Assembly: GCA_963779415.1 (NCBI GenBank)
Contig: CAVZYA010000001.1
Coordinates: 640,001 to 704,000, forward strand
DNA from: an uncultured Acidobacteriota bacterium
Lineage (GTDB): Bacteria; Acidobacteriota; Thermoanaerobaculia; UBA5066
Reading direction: 5' to 3'
DNA: 64,000 nucleotides
Position 1 is the first letter of the stretch; every line of letters starts with the position of its first letter. The notes under the pieces were generated by a model, which worked only from the letters and a program-made list of their open reading frames with translations, searched no databases and was not told where the DNA came from. Positions 29,813 to 38,393 of the stretch are shown in pieces. Both the position numbers and the translations under genes were made by a program.

Positions 29813-31501
29813 TCAGTGTCCTCCCCCCGCCTTGGCGAAATCGATGAGCTGGTCCGGAGGCATGAGGAGCTGGAAGAGGAGCATCGCCATCACGACGAGG
29901 ACGATCAGGGCGAGGAAGACGCGGATCTGCTCCCCCCGGACGCGGCGGCTGGCGGCCGCCCCGAACTGGGCGCCGATGACGCACCCGGCGAAGAGCACCA
30001 CGGCCAGCATCACGTCCACTGTCCGGTTGGTGATGGCCTGCTGGAGGGCGACGTTGGCCGACGTGAGGACGATCTGGAACAGGTCGGTCCCGACCGCCAC
30101 CCGGGTGGGGATGCCGATGATGTAGATCATCGTCGGGAGCATGATGAATCCCCCCCCGACGCCCAGGAACGCGGCGAGCACCCCGACGAGGAAGCCGGCG
30201 GCTATCGGAAGAAGGACGGAGGTCCGGAGCCCCGATTTCGGAAAGTCGAGCTGAAGCGGGAGTCGGGCGAAGAAGACCGTCAAGGCGCCGCGCGTCGGCT
30301 CGCCGGCGGGCGACTTCCTCCGCCAGGCGCGCAACCCTTCGCGGAGCATGGTGAGGCCGATGAATCCGAGGACGAGGACATAGGTCAGCTTCAGGAAGAA
30401 GTCGAAATTGCCTTGGTTGCGGAGGACCTTCACGAGCTGCACGCCGACGAACCCGCCCGTCCATCCTCCGCCAATGATGAACAGCCCCATCTTGAAGTCG
30501 ACGTTGCCGAGGCGGGAGTGGGAGAGGGCTCCCGACGTGGCCCCGGCGGTGATCTGGGCGGCGTTTGTGGCGGCGGCCACGGCGGCCGGAATGCCGATGA
30601 AGATCAGGAGCGGCGTCATCAGGAAGCCGCCTCCCACGCCGAACAGACCCGAGAGGAAGCCGACGAGACCCCCCATCCCGGCGATCAGAAGAGGGTTCAC
30701 GGACGCCCCGGCCACAGGGAAATAGACCCGGAGCCGCCGGAGGAGGCTCCGCGTCTCGGGACGCCCCTCGTGGTGTCGCACCCTCTCGAACATGGCGGGA
30801 GTGACCTGCGGGTGGCAGACGCGGCAGGTCCGCTCGAGCCGGGCCGGGTTCAGCCTCGAACGCGGGTCGCTCGCCGGGAGGATCCCGTGCGATCCGTGAC
30901 ATGACGGACAGGTGGCCACGTCGAGGATGCCGTGGGAGAGGGCGACTCCGTGGACCGTTCCCTCGAACCCCTCCACACAGGCCGACGGAAGCTCCGTGTG
31001 CCGGATCACCGCCGGGTCGTCGTGGCAGCGGGCACACGTCGTCGAGACGCGGGCCGTGGAGGTGGGAGCGGCGTCGTCGTGTACCGGAAGGACCGTGTGG
31101 CTGCCATGGCACGAGACGCACGTGGGCGAGAGCCCGTCACCGGCCTTCGCGCCTCGGGCGTGAGAACTCTCCGAATACGCATCCAGTTCGGCCTTGTGGC
31201 AGCGGCCGCAGGTCGCGGCGACATTTCTCGCGTTGACCGGCGAGGAGGGCTCGTCCGGCGAAAGCCGCGTCCCCGCGCCATGACACTCCCCGCACGCGAG
31301 GGGAGCGTGAACCCCTGCGAGCGGCACCTGCCCGCCGCGAGCAGGAAGATCGGCGAACATTCGACCCGAAGGGAGGAGAAAAAGAGCGACGACACCTACC
31401 AGAGAGACCGCCTGTCGCCGGAAGGACGCCGGCCGGCCCGTGTCGTGATCGCCGGTGCACGGGAGGCGCGCACCTCCCCTACTCCCCCAGCAGCTCCGCA
31501 C
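29813..31501 (-). CDS. Six-heme cytochrome c fused to a TSUP (TauE/SafE) transporter; start uncertain
   Basis: CGECH, CGRCH, CVSCH, CARCH, CPSCH and CRVCH follow a hydrophobic signal-like stretch. In the same frame come VYFPVAG...GLFGVGGGFLMTP...GNVDFKMG...GVGGGFIMLP...AVGTDL. An in-frame GTG at 31501 lies next to the predicted transcription start. Confidence 0.82.
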   Translation of the reverse strand: MRSCWGSRGGARLPCTGDHDTGRPASFRRQAVSLVGVVALFLLPSGRMFADLPARGGQVPLAGVHAPLACGECHGAGTRLSPDEPSSPVNARNVAATCGRCHKAELDAYSESSHARGAKAGDGLSPTCVSCHGSHTVLPVHDDAAPTSTARVSTTCARCHDDPAVIRHTELPSACVEGFEGTVHGVALSHGILDVATCPSCHGSHGILPASDPRSRLNPARLERTCRVCHPQVTPAMFERVRHHEGRPETRSLLRRLRVYFPVAGASVNPLLIAGMGGLVGFLSGLFGVGGGFLMTPLLIFIGIPAAVAAATNAAQITAGATSGALSHSRLGNVDFKMGLFIIGGGWTGGFVGVQLVKVLRNQGNFDFFLKLTYVLVLGFIGLTMLREGLRAWRRKSPAGEPTRGALTVFFARLPLQLDFPKSGLRTSVLLPIAAGFLVGVLAAFLGVGGGFIMLPTMIYIIGIPTRVAVGTDLFQIVLTSANVALQQAITNRTVDVMLAVVLFAGCVIGAQFGAAASRRVRGEQIRVFLALIVLVVMAMLLFQLLMPPDQLIDFAKAGGGH

Positions 31502-31509
31502 GTGACCCA

Positions 31510-31651
31510 GGAAAGCAAGTACCACGCCCGGATCGCTAATGTCCGCAGATACTTGAACTTCCGTCCGAATCGGTGGCCGGAGCCGTTCCGGCTGTTACCG
31601 TCTCTTCCCAGCGGAGGGGGGTGAGCCTTACCCTGGCGGGACGTCCCCCTG
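31510..31651 (-). promoter_or_regulatory. Sigma54 promoter module copy 1 (-24/-12 at 31514-31529, IHF-like 31546-31558, enhancer box 31593-31610)
   Basis: Minus strand GGGCGTGGTACTTGCT (GG-N10-GC). Box TGTTACCGTCTCTTCCCA starts 78 nt from the -12 C. About 140 bp is homologous to 35572-35712. Confidence 0.75.
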
Positions 31652-31699
31652 CACGCGCCCTCAGCTCCCCTCCGGCCAAGACAACGTGTCGCGCAAGCG

Positions 31700-33262
31700 T
31701 CAGTGTGCGATCGGCGCCAGCACCGGCATGCCCAGGGCTGGCCAGATGACGTAGACGAAGAGCGCCAGGATCAGCATGACGAGCACGCTCGGGATGAGCC
31801 CGTAGAGGAAGAACTCCCCGGACGTGAATTGCTTGCTCTCGTAGGCGATGGCGTTGGGCGCTGCGCCGATGAGCAGGTTGAACGGCATGCCGGCGGTCAC
31901 GAGGCACGAGAAGAGGATCACCGCCGGGGCGACCCCGAGGTAGCGCGCGATGACGAGCGCGACCGGCAGCGCGATGGCGATGGCCGCGACGTTCATGATG
32001 AAGTTCGTCATCACCAGGACGAAGAAGGCAATGCCGAGGACGAACAAGAGCCAGGGGGCGGTGCGGAACATCGTCAGCCAGTGCACGGCGACCCACTCGG
32101 CCGCGCCGGTCTTCCAGAGGCAGAAGCCGATCGACATGGCGCCGCCGAACAGCAGGATGATGTTCCAGGGGATCGACTCGAGGTCCTCGACGGTGAGGGT
32201 CCGGGTCATGAAGAACGCAATGGTGCCGATCAGCATGATGCCCGCGCGGTCGAGCTGAGAAAGGGCGGGCAGGAAAGACTTGAAGACGAAGAGCGCGACG
32301 ATGGTCAGCACGGCGAGGATGACGAACTTCTCCTTGCCGCTCATCGGACCCAGCTCTCGCGCCAGGACCTTCGCCTTGTCGCGCAGGCCCGGAATGGTGG
32401 CGCGCTCGGGCCTGAGGAAGACGATGATGACGACCCAGATCAGGAAGACCATGATCCAGCCCAGGGGCCCGAGGTATTTCGGAAGCTCGAAGAACCCGAT
32501 GTCGCTGCCCGTGAACTCCTTGTACATGCCGGCCGCGGCCACGCCGCGCGCCGAGCCGAGGAAGGTGATGATCGAGCCGGCTCCGGCGACCCAGGCCATC
32601 CCCATGAACAGCCCCTTGCCGAACCGGGTGGGCTTGCCCGAGTCGTCGTAGAGCCCGTTGATGGCGAGCAGGAGGGGGAAGACGGCCGCGGCCACCGCCG
32701 TGTGGGCCATGATGTGAGTCATCAGGGCCGTCACCACGAAGCTACCGAGCAGGATCATGCTGGTCCGCTCGCCGACCAGGGTCAGCATCCTGTAGGCCAT
32801 CCGCTTGGTCAGGCCCGAGCGGCTGAACGCCAGACCGATGACGATCGAGCCGAAGATGAACCAGACCGACGGGTCCATGAAGTCGCTGAGCGCGTCGTGA
32901 GTCGGGCGGATGTTGAACAGTACCTGCACGAGGCCGATGGCGATGGCGGTCACGCCGATGGGCATGACCTCCGTGACCCACCACGTCCCGGCCATGAGGA
33001 AGAGGCCGGCGGCGAGCTTCCCCTGCCAGGAGAGCTTGAAGACCTTGCCCCCTGGGTCGACCGCGTCGGGGAGGCCCGGCAGGAAGTAGAAGACGACGAA
33101 GATCCCGATGCCGAGGAGGATCCAGGTGACGCGCCGCCAGTCGATCTTCGGCCGCTTCGGCGCGACCACGATCTCCGCCGGCATGGGCGGGAGGCCGGCC
33201 GGCGGGGCCTGGGCGCGGGGGGTGGCGGCGGATCCGCCGTCACCGATGGTCGAGGTTGTCAT
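31700..33262 (-). CDS. DASS/SLC13-family divalent anion:Na+ symporter (sulfate/carboxylate)
   Basis: WWVTEVMPIG, SGLTKRMA, MAHTA, GSIITFLGSARG, IPWNIILLFGGAMSIG, TNFIMNVA, GAAPNAIAY. Start set at MTTSTIG. Confidence 0.88.
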   Translation of the reverse strand: MTTSTIGDGGSAATPRAQAPPAGLPPMPAEIVVAPKRPKIDWRRVTWILLGIGIFVVFYFLPGLPDAVDPGGKVFKLSWQGKLAAGLFLMAGTWWVTEVMPIGVTAIAIGLVQVLFNIRPTHDALSDFMDPSVWFIFGSIVIGLAFSRSGLTKRMAYRMLTLVGERTSMILLGSFVVTALMTHIMAHTAVAAAVFPLLLAINGLYDDSGKPTRFGKGLFMGMAWVAGAGSIITFLGSARGVAAAGMYKEFTGSDIGFFELPKYLGPLGWIMVFLIWVVIIVFLRPERATIPGLRDKAKVLARELGPMSGKEKFVILAVLTIVALFVFKSFLPALSQLDRAGIMLIGTIAFFMTRTLTVEDLESIPWNIILLFGGAMSIGFCLWKTGAAEWVAVHWLTMFRTAPWLLFVLGIAFFVLVMTNFIMNVAAIAIALPVALVIARYLGVAPAVILFSCLVTAGMPFNLLIGAAPNAIAYESKQFTSGEFFLYGLIPSVLVMLILALFVYVIWPALGMPVLAPIAH

Positions 33263-33276
33263 CTGATCCCCCGCGG

Positions 33277-33786
33277 CTAGCCCTCGGGGAGGGCGGCGGT
33301 GATCGCGTTGTAGGCGTCGTCGAGCCGCACGATGCCGGCGACCTGGTTGCCCTCCATGGCCGCGAGCGCGGGGACTCCGTCCGCGAGCATGAGGCTCGCG
33401 GCGTGCGTGAGCGTGTCGTCCACGCGGACCGTCGACTTGACCGGCACCATGAACTCCTTGACCGGCGCCGCGGCCGCCTGCGCGCTGGCCTTGAGGTCGC
33501 TCCAGAGCGCGGCCAGCTCGGTCGGCTCGGCCGTGGGCCACCCGCCGGCGGGCTGCTTCGTGAGGAAGCGCGGTTCCAGGCCCCGGAGGATGTTCTCGGG
33601 CCTGAGGAGACCGAGGAGCTGGTACTTCTCGTCGAAGACCAGCACCAGCCGCGGCGAGGGCGGCTCGTCGTCCATCTCGGCGATGCGGAGCAGGGTGATG
33701 GCTTGTCGCAGGCTGAACCAGTACGGCATGTGCGGGTACTTGGTCAGAGGGACCATGGAGTCGCGCACCGCGGTCTTGTGTGGCAT
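33277..33786 (-). CDS. Tandem CBS-domain protein
   Basis: VRDSMVPLTKYPH...LVLVFDEKYQLLGLL...VKEFMVPV...AMEGNQVAGIVR. GAGGAGG RBS before the ATG at 33786. Confidence 0.82.
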   Translation of the reverse strand: MPHKTAVRDSMVPLTKYPHMPYWFSLRQAITLLRIAEMDDEPPSPRLVLVFDEKYQLLGLLRPENILRGLEPRFLTKQPAGGWPTAEPTELAALWSDLKASAQAAAAPVKEFMVPVKSTVRVDDTLTHAASLMLADGVPALAAMEGNQVAGIVRLDDAYNAITAALPEG

Positions 33787-33812
33787 CAGGGACCTCCTCG
33801 GGACCGTGATCC

Positions 33813-35564
33813 CTACTTCAGCACCAGCAGCAGGTAAATCGACGAGATGATCATGCTCATGAGCATGAACGGCATGCCCACCTTGAGGAACGCGCGGAAC
33901 GAGACGGGGTAGCCGGCCTTCTCGAGAAGCCCGGCGGTGACGATGTTGGCGCTGGCGCCGACGAGCGTGCCGTTGCCCCCGAAGCACGCGCCCAGGGAGA
34001 GCGCCCAGAAGAGCACCATGTTCTCGGCGCCCGGCAGGTTCCTGGTCATGTAGGCGACGATGGGAAGCATCGTCGCCGTGAACGGGATGTTGTCGATGGC
34101 CGCCGAAAGGATGGCCGACACCCAGGCAATCACGAGGATCGCGACGACCAGGTTGCCGGCGGAGACCCCGAGCACAAAGTCGGCCACGACCTGCAGGATT
34201 CCGGCCCTGGCCGCGGCGCCGACCACGATGAAAAGCATCATGAAGAAGACGAGCGAGGACCACTCGACGTCCTTTTCCAGGATGTGGACCAGGTCTTTCT
34301 TCGAGATGGCCAGCAGTACCGCGGCGCCGACGAGCGCGGCCACGCTCACCTCCATGTGCAGCGCGCCATGGAGAATGAACATGCCGATGACCATGGCGAG
34401 CACGCCGAGCCCCTGCCACATGAGCTTCCGGTCGGTGATGGAGTAGCGCGCCTCCATGGACACGAACATCCGTTGCAGCTCGGTCTCGTCGAGCTGGGCG
34501 GCCCGGTACTCCTTGCGGTACCAGAGCTTGGTCATCAGGGCCTGCGCCACCATGACGATGATGACGACGGGCGTCAGCTTTGCGACGAAATCGTTGAAGG
34601 TCAGCCCCGCGAACGAGCCGATCATGATGTTGGGCGGATCGCCGATGAGGGTGGCCGTGCCGCCGAAGTTCGAAGCGAAGACGAGCGGCAGGAGCAGGGA
34701 GAAGGGGTGCAGCTTCAGGATCACGCAGATCTCGATGGCGACCGGCGTGAGCAGGAGCATGGTGGTCACGTTGTCGAGGAAGGCCGAGACGATGGCCGTG
34801 ACGAACATCATGATCACGGAGAGGACGTAGACCTTGCCGCGCGCCACCTCGAAGCTCTTGAAGGCGAGCCACTGGAAGAGGCCCGTGTCCTTGAGGATCC
34901 CCACGATGATCATCATCCCGAAGAGGAGGAAGATGACGTTCCAGTCGATGGCCCGCATGGCGTCGGGGAAGGTGATGACGACCCAGTCGGGGCTAACGTG
35001 GCCGGCGGTGTAGGAGAGCACGAGGAGGACACTGGCGCCGAGGAACGCCGCCAGGGTGCGGTGCATGACCTCGGCGGCGATCAGGACGTAGACGGCAAGG
35101 AGAGCGACCAGGGCCACCCAGAAGGCCGCCGACCATGTCCGGTCGAGGGCCACGTCCAGGTGGGCCACGTACGCGGCGGCTGGCCCCGGCTGCCGGTGGA
35201 GCCCGGGCACCTCCACGGGCCCAAGACGGCGATAGGTGGTCCGCTCGAAGACCAGGGTGACGCGGGCACGGGCCGCCTGGGCGGCCGGCAGCTCGAAGTC
35301 CAGGCGGTAGCTTCCGTCGAAACCACTCAAAAAGCCGCCCGGCGACGACGTGACCGGCGTGCCGTCCACCAGCGCGGTGATGCGGCAGCCGGCAACCGCC
35401 TCCTTGTGCCGGTCGTTCACGGCGCCGATGAGGGTGATCTTCGCGCTGGCGCCCCCGGCCTGCGATGCGGGTGGCGTGACATCGTTCGCGGCGACCCCGT
35501 GACCGCCGAGCAGAGCCACCAGGAGCAAGAGGCCGCCGCCCACACTCCGCCAGCCGATCCGCAC
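33813..35564 (-). CDS. ArsB/NhaD (ion-transporter superfamily) permease with an N-terminal extracytoplasmic domain
   Basis: Signal peptide plus a beta-rich domain, then IDWNVIFLLFGMM, SAFLDNVTT, SNFGGTATLIGDPPNIMI, SAAIDNIPF, GGNGTLVGASAN. Confidence 0.87.
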   Translation of the reverse strand: MRIGWRSVGGGLLLLVALLGGHGVAANDVTPPASQAGGASAKITLIGAVNDRHKEAVAGCRITALVDGTPVTSSPGGFLSGFDGSYRLDFELPAAQAARARVTLVFERTTYRRLGPVEVPGLHRQPGPAAAYVAHLDVALDRTWSAAFWVALVALLAVYVLIAAEVMHRTLAAFLGASVLLVLSYTAGHVSPDWVVITFPDAMRAIDWNVIFLLFGMMIIVGILKDTGLFQWLAFKSFEVARGKVYVLSVIMMFVTAIVSAFLDNVTTMLLLTPVAIEICVILKLHPFSLLLPLVFASNFGGTATLIGDPPNIMIGSFAGLTFNDFVAKLTPVVIIVMVAQALMTKLWYRKEYRAAQLDETELQRMFVSMEARYSITDRKLMWQGLGVLAMVIGMFILHGALHMEVSVAALVGAAVLLAISKKDLVHILEKDVEWSSLVFFMMLFIVVGAAARAGILQVVADFVLGVSAGNLVVAILVIAWVSAILSAAIDNIPFTATMLPIVAYMTRNLPGAENMVLFWALSLGACFGGNGTLVGASANIVTAGLLEKAGYPVSFRAFLKVGMPFMLMSMIISSIYLLLVLK

Positions 35565-35571
35565 GTCTACC

Positions 35572-35712
35572 GGAAAGCAAGTACCACGCCCGAAGGGCTA
35601 ACGTCCTCAAGTGATTGAATTTCTGTCGGAATCGCCCGCCGGAGCCCCTCCGGTTGTTACCGTCTCTTCCCAGCCGGCAAAGAAGGGCCGTGCCTGGCGA
35701 GACTTCCCCCTG
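35572..35712 (-). promoter_or_regulatory. Sigma54 promoter module copy 2 (-24/-12 at 35576-35591, IHF-like 35608-35620, enhancer box 35655-35672)
   Basis: Same GGGCGTGGTACTTGCT and TGTTACCGTCTCTTCCCA at the same 78-nt spacing. ATTCAATCACTTG is one mismatch from WATCAANNNNTTR. Confidence 0.75.
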
Positions 35713-35725
35713 GCCTTCCAGTTGA

Positions 35726-36160
35726 TCAGGAGTCTGGAGTGCGGCCGCCCCTGCCTTCAACCTGGCTCTTGAGCTCCCGGTTCTCGCGCACGAGCGCCTG
35801 GAAGCGCAGGGCCTTGTCGAGGGCAAGCAGGATCTGCTCCTTGCGGAACGGCTTGGTGATGAAGTCGACGGCGCCGCGCTTGAGCGCCTCGGCCGCCGAC
35901 TCCTCCGACCCGTAGGCCGTCATGACCAGCACCGCGATGTCGGGGTCGCGCGCGTGCACTTTCGCCAGGAGATCGAGGCCGTCCATGCCGGGCATCTTGA
36001 GGTCGGTCACGATCGCGTCGACTCTCTCGTGCCCGAGGATCTCCGCGACCTCGAGCGGATTGTTGGTCGCCAGGACCTGGTGCTGGGTGTGGCCGCGGAT
36101 GAGGGTGCGCAGGAGCGCCAGCATGTCGGGTTCGTCGTCGACCAGGAGGATGCGGGCCAT
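35726..36160 (-). CDS. Stand-alone response regulator receiver with short coiled-coil tail
   Basis: ILLVDDE...TDLKMPGMDG...MTAYG...FITKPF, tail ALVRENRELKSQV. Confidence 0.92.
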   Translation of the reverse strand: MARILLVDDEPDMLALLRTLIRGHTQHQVLATNNPLEVAEILGHERVDAIVTDLKMPGMDGLDLLAKVHARDPDIAVLVMTAYGSEESAAEALKRGAVDFITKPFRKEQILLALDKALRFQALVRENRELKSQVEGRGGRTPDS

Positions 36161-36175
36161 GGGTCACCTCGCGTT

Positions 36176-38392
36176 TCAGGGTACCGGCTTTTCCGGCGCC
36201 GGCAGGAGGGAGACGAGGAACGTCGTGCCGGGCGGGCCGCCGGAGTCGCCCGCGGGGCGGGTCTCGAAGGAGATGGTGCCGCCGAACTTGGTCACGATGG
36301 CGTGGCTGACCGACAACCCCAGGCCGGTCCCCTCGCCGACCTTCTTCGTGGTAAAGAACGGCTCGAACACCTTGTCGGTGTGCTCGCGCGGGATGCCGCA
36401 GCCGGAGTCGGAGAACGCGATCTCCACCAGCTTGCTCAGCGGGCCGAGGCGGGTGCTCACCGTCAAGGCGCCGCCGTCGGGCATGGCCGCCATGGCGTTG
36501 TTGGTGAGGTTCATGAAGACCTGCTGGAGCTGGCCCGAGTCGGCCCGGGCCCGCGGGAGGCCCTCGGCCAAGTCGAGCTTCAGGTCGATCCGCCGGGTCT
36601 TGAGAGCGTGGCCGAGAATCTCGAGGATGGCGCCGACGTCCTGGTTCACGTCGGTCCGGTCGCCGGCCTTCTGAGGAATGCGCGCGAACGCCAGCAGGTT
36701 CTCGACGATCCGCTTGCAGGCGAGCCCCTGGCGCTCGATGCGCATCAACGTCTCGCGCAGCTCGCTCCCCTCGGGCGCGGACTCGAGGAGCACCTCGGTG
36801 AAGCCGAGGATGACGGCGATCGGGTTGTTGATCTCGTGGCCGACGCCCGCGGCCAGGCGGCCCAGCGAGGCGAGCTTCTCGGTGCGGTAGAGGACCTCCT
36901 CGAGCCGCTGGTGCTCCTCGATGTCGTGCGCGACCAGGAGGACACGGTCCGCCGGGCCCTCCTCGGGCAGGGGGACGAAGTGTCCGGCGAGCTGGTAGTC
37001 GCGGCCACGCGCCTTGATGGTCAGGTGGGCGTCGAGGCTCCGCCCGCGATCGAGGGCCTGGTGCACGTGGGCGAGCAGAGCCTGCGCGTCGGCGGGCCTG
37101 AGCAGGTCGGAGAGGGGCTGCCCCCAGAGATCGGGCGCCTCCGCCCCGAGCGCGGTCGCGGCGAAGCGGTTGATGGCCTGAATACGCCCGTCGGGGTCGA
37201 CCACGACGATGAACTCGCGCACGCTGTCGACGACAGATCGGTACTTCTCCTCGGCCCGGCGGAGCGAGGCGTTGGTGGCGAGGAGGTCCGAAGTCGCGCG
37301 CTTGACGCGGGCCTCCATTTCGCGCGACCAGCGGCGCTCGTGCCAGACGAGGGCCATCCCGGCGAAGACCAGGGCCAGCACCAGCACCGCCTGGACGAAG
37401 AGCTGGCGAACGTATGTCGAGCGGACGGTTCGTGCCACCTCGGCCGCGGGCACGACGGCGGCGACAGACCAGAATCGGCCCGGTTCGATGGTCACCGGCG
37501 AGAAGGCCACGTACTTCTTCACCTCGCCGCCCGTCTGGCCGAGGTGCCAGTCGGAGATGTACCACGAGGTCCCCTCCTCGCCGCGCAGCATCCGCGTCTT
37601 CTGGATCTCGTCGATCCGGTCGAAACGCGTTCCGGGGCTGCGCTGGTGGCGGGCTGTGGAGGCGTCAAGGCCGACCAGGGCTTCATCGGGGTGGTAGAGG
37701 AAGCGGCCGTCGTCGGCGAGAGCCCAGGCGTAGGCCGAGTGCTCGTCGCGGGCGCCGGCCACGTGGCGTCCCACGAGCTGGTCGAGCCGCAGCCGCACGG
37801 TGAGGACGCCGCCGAAGGCCCCCGGGGCATGCGGGTGCGACGGGTCGACCGACTCCTGGTAGACCGGTGTGCCGACCTGGAAGGTGGGTACCAGGGCGCC
37901 TGCCTGCCGCTCGACCTCGACCGGACCGTGGTGGAAGCGGCCCTTCACGGCCGGGTCGCGCGCCCAGGCGAGCATCGCCGATGCCGGCCCCGGGCCGGGC
38001 TCGGTGCGGGCCGTCCCGTCGGCGGTCACCAGGCTGCTGGTAGAGCCGTCCGCGGAAGTGCGGCGGATCTCCAGCGCGCCATACTGTCTCAGCTCCTCCA
38101 TGCCGATGCGCATCCGGTTTGCCCAGGCCACGTCCTCCAGGTACTGAACCGATGGCGAGTAAGCAAGCGTTTGGAGCTCGCGGCGGATGTGGTGCAGGGA
38201 ATCGCTGACCTGGTGCGCCAGGCTGCGGGCCACGATGAGCTGCTGGCGCGTCAGGTCGTCGGCGACGATCTGCTCGGTCCTCTTGATCGAGACGAGCCCG
38301 ATCAGCAGGGCCACCACCAGCAGTACGGCGGTGGCGGCGCCCATGACGGTGACCACCAGCCGGAATGCCAGATGTTTCGCGAGGAGGCGCAT
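36176..38392 (-). CDS. Cache + PAS sensor histidine kinase
   Basis: Two TM helices, periplasmic Cache-like region (FLYHPD), PAS (IVVVDPDGRIQAIN), H-box VGHEINNPI, DSGCGI, FFTTK, GTGLGL. Confidence 0.92.
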   Translation of the reverse strand: MRLLAKHLAFRLVVTVMGAATAVLLVVALLIGLVSIKRTEQIVADDLTRQQLIVARSLAHQVSDSLHHIRRELQTLAYSPSVQYLEDVAWANRMRIGMEELRQYGALEIRRTSADGSTSSLVTADGTARTEPGPGPASAMLAWARDPAVKGRFHHGPVEVERQAGALVPTFQVGTPVYQESVDPSHPHAPGAFGGVLTVRLRLDQLVGRHVAGARDEHSAYAWALADDGRFLYHPDEALVGLDASTARHQRSPGTRFDRIDEIQKTRMLRGEEGTSWYISDWHLGQTGGEVKKYVAFSPVTIEPGRFWSVAAVVPAAEVARTVRSTYVRQLFVQAVLVLALVFAGMALVWHERRWSREMEARVKRATSDLLATNASLRRAEEKYRSVVDSVREFIVVVDPDGRIQAINRFAATALGAEAPDLWGQPLSDLLRPADAQALLAHVHQALDRGRSLDAHLTIKARGRDYQLAGHFVPLPEEGPADRVLLVAHDIEEHQRLEEVLYRTEKLASLGRLAAGVGHEINNPIAVILGFTEVLLESAPEGSELRETLMRIERQGLACKRIVENLLAFARIPQKAGDRTDVNQDVGAILEILGHALKTRRIDLKLDLAEGLPRARADSGQLQQVFMNLTNNAMAAMPDGGALTVSTRLGPLSKLVEIAFSDSGCGIPREHTDKVFEPFFTTKKVGEGTGLGLSVSHAIVTKFGGTISFETRPAGDSGGPPGTTFLVSLLPAPEKPVP

Positions 38393-38393
38393 G

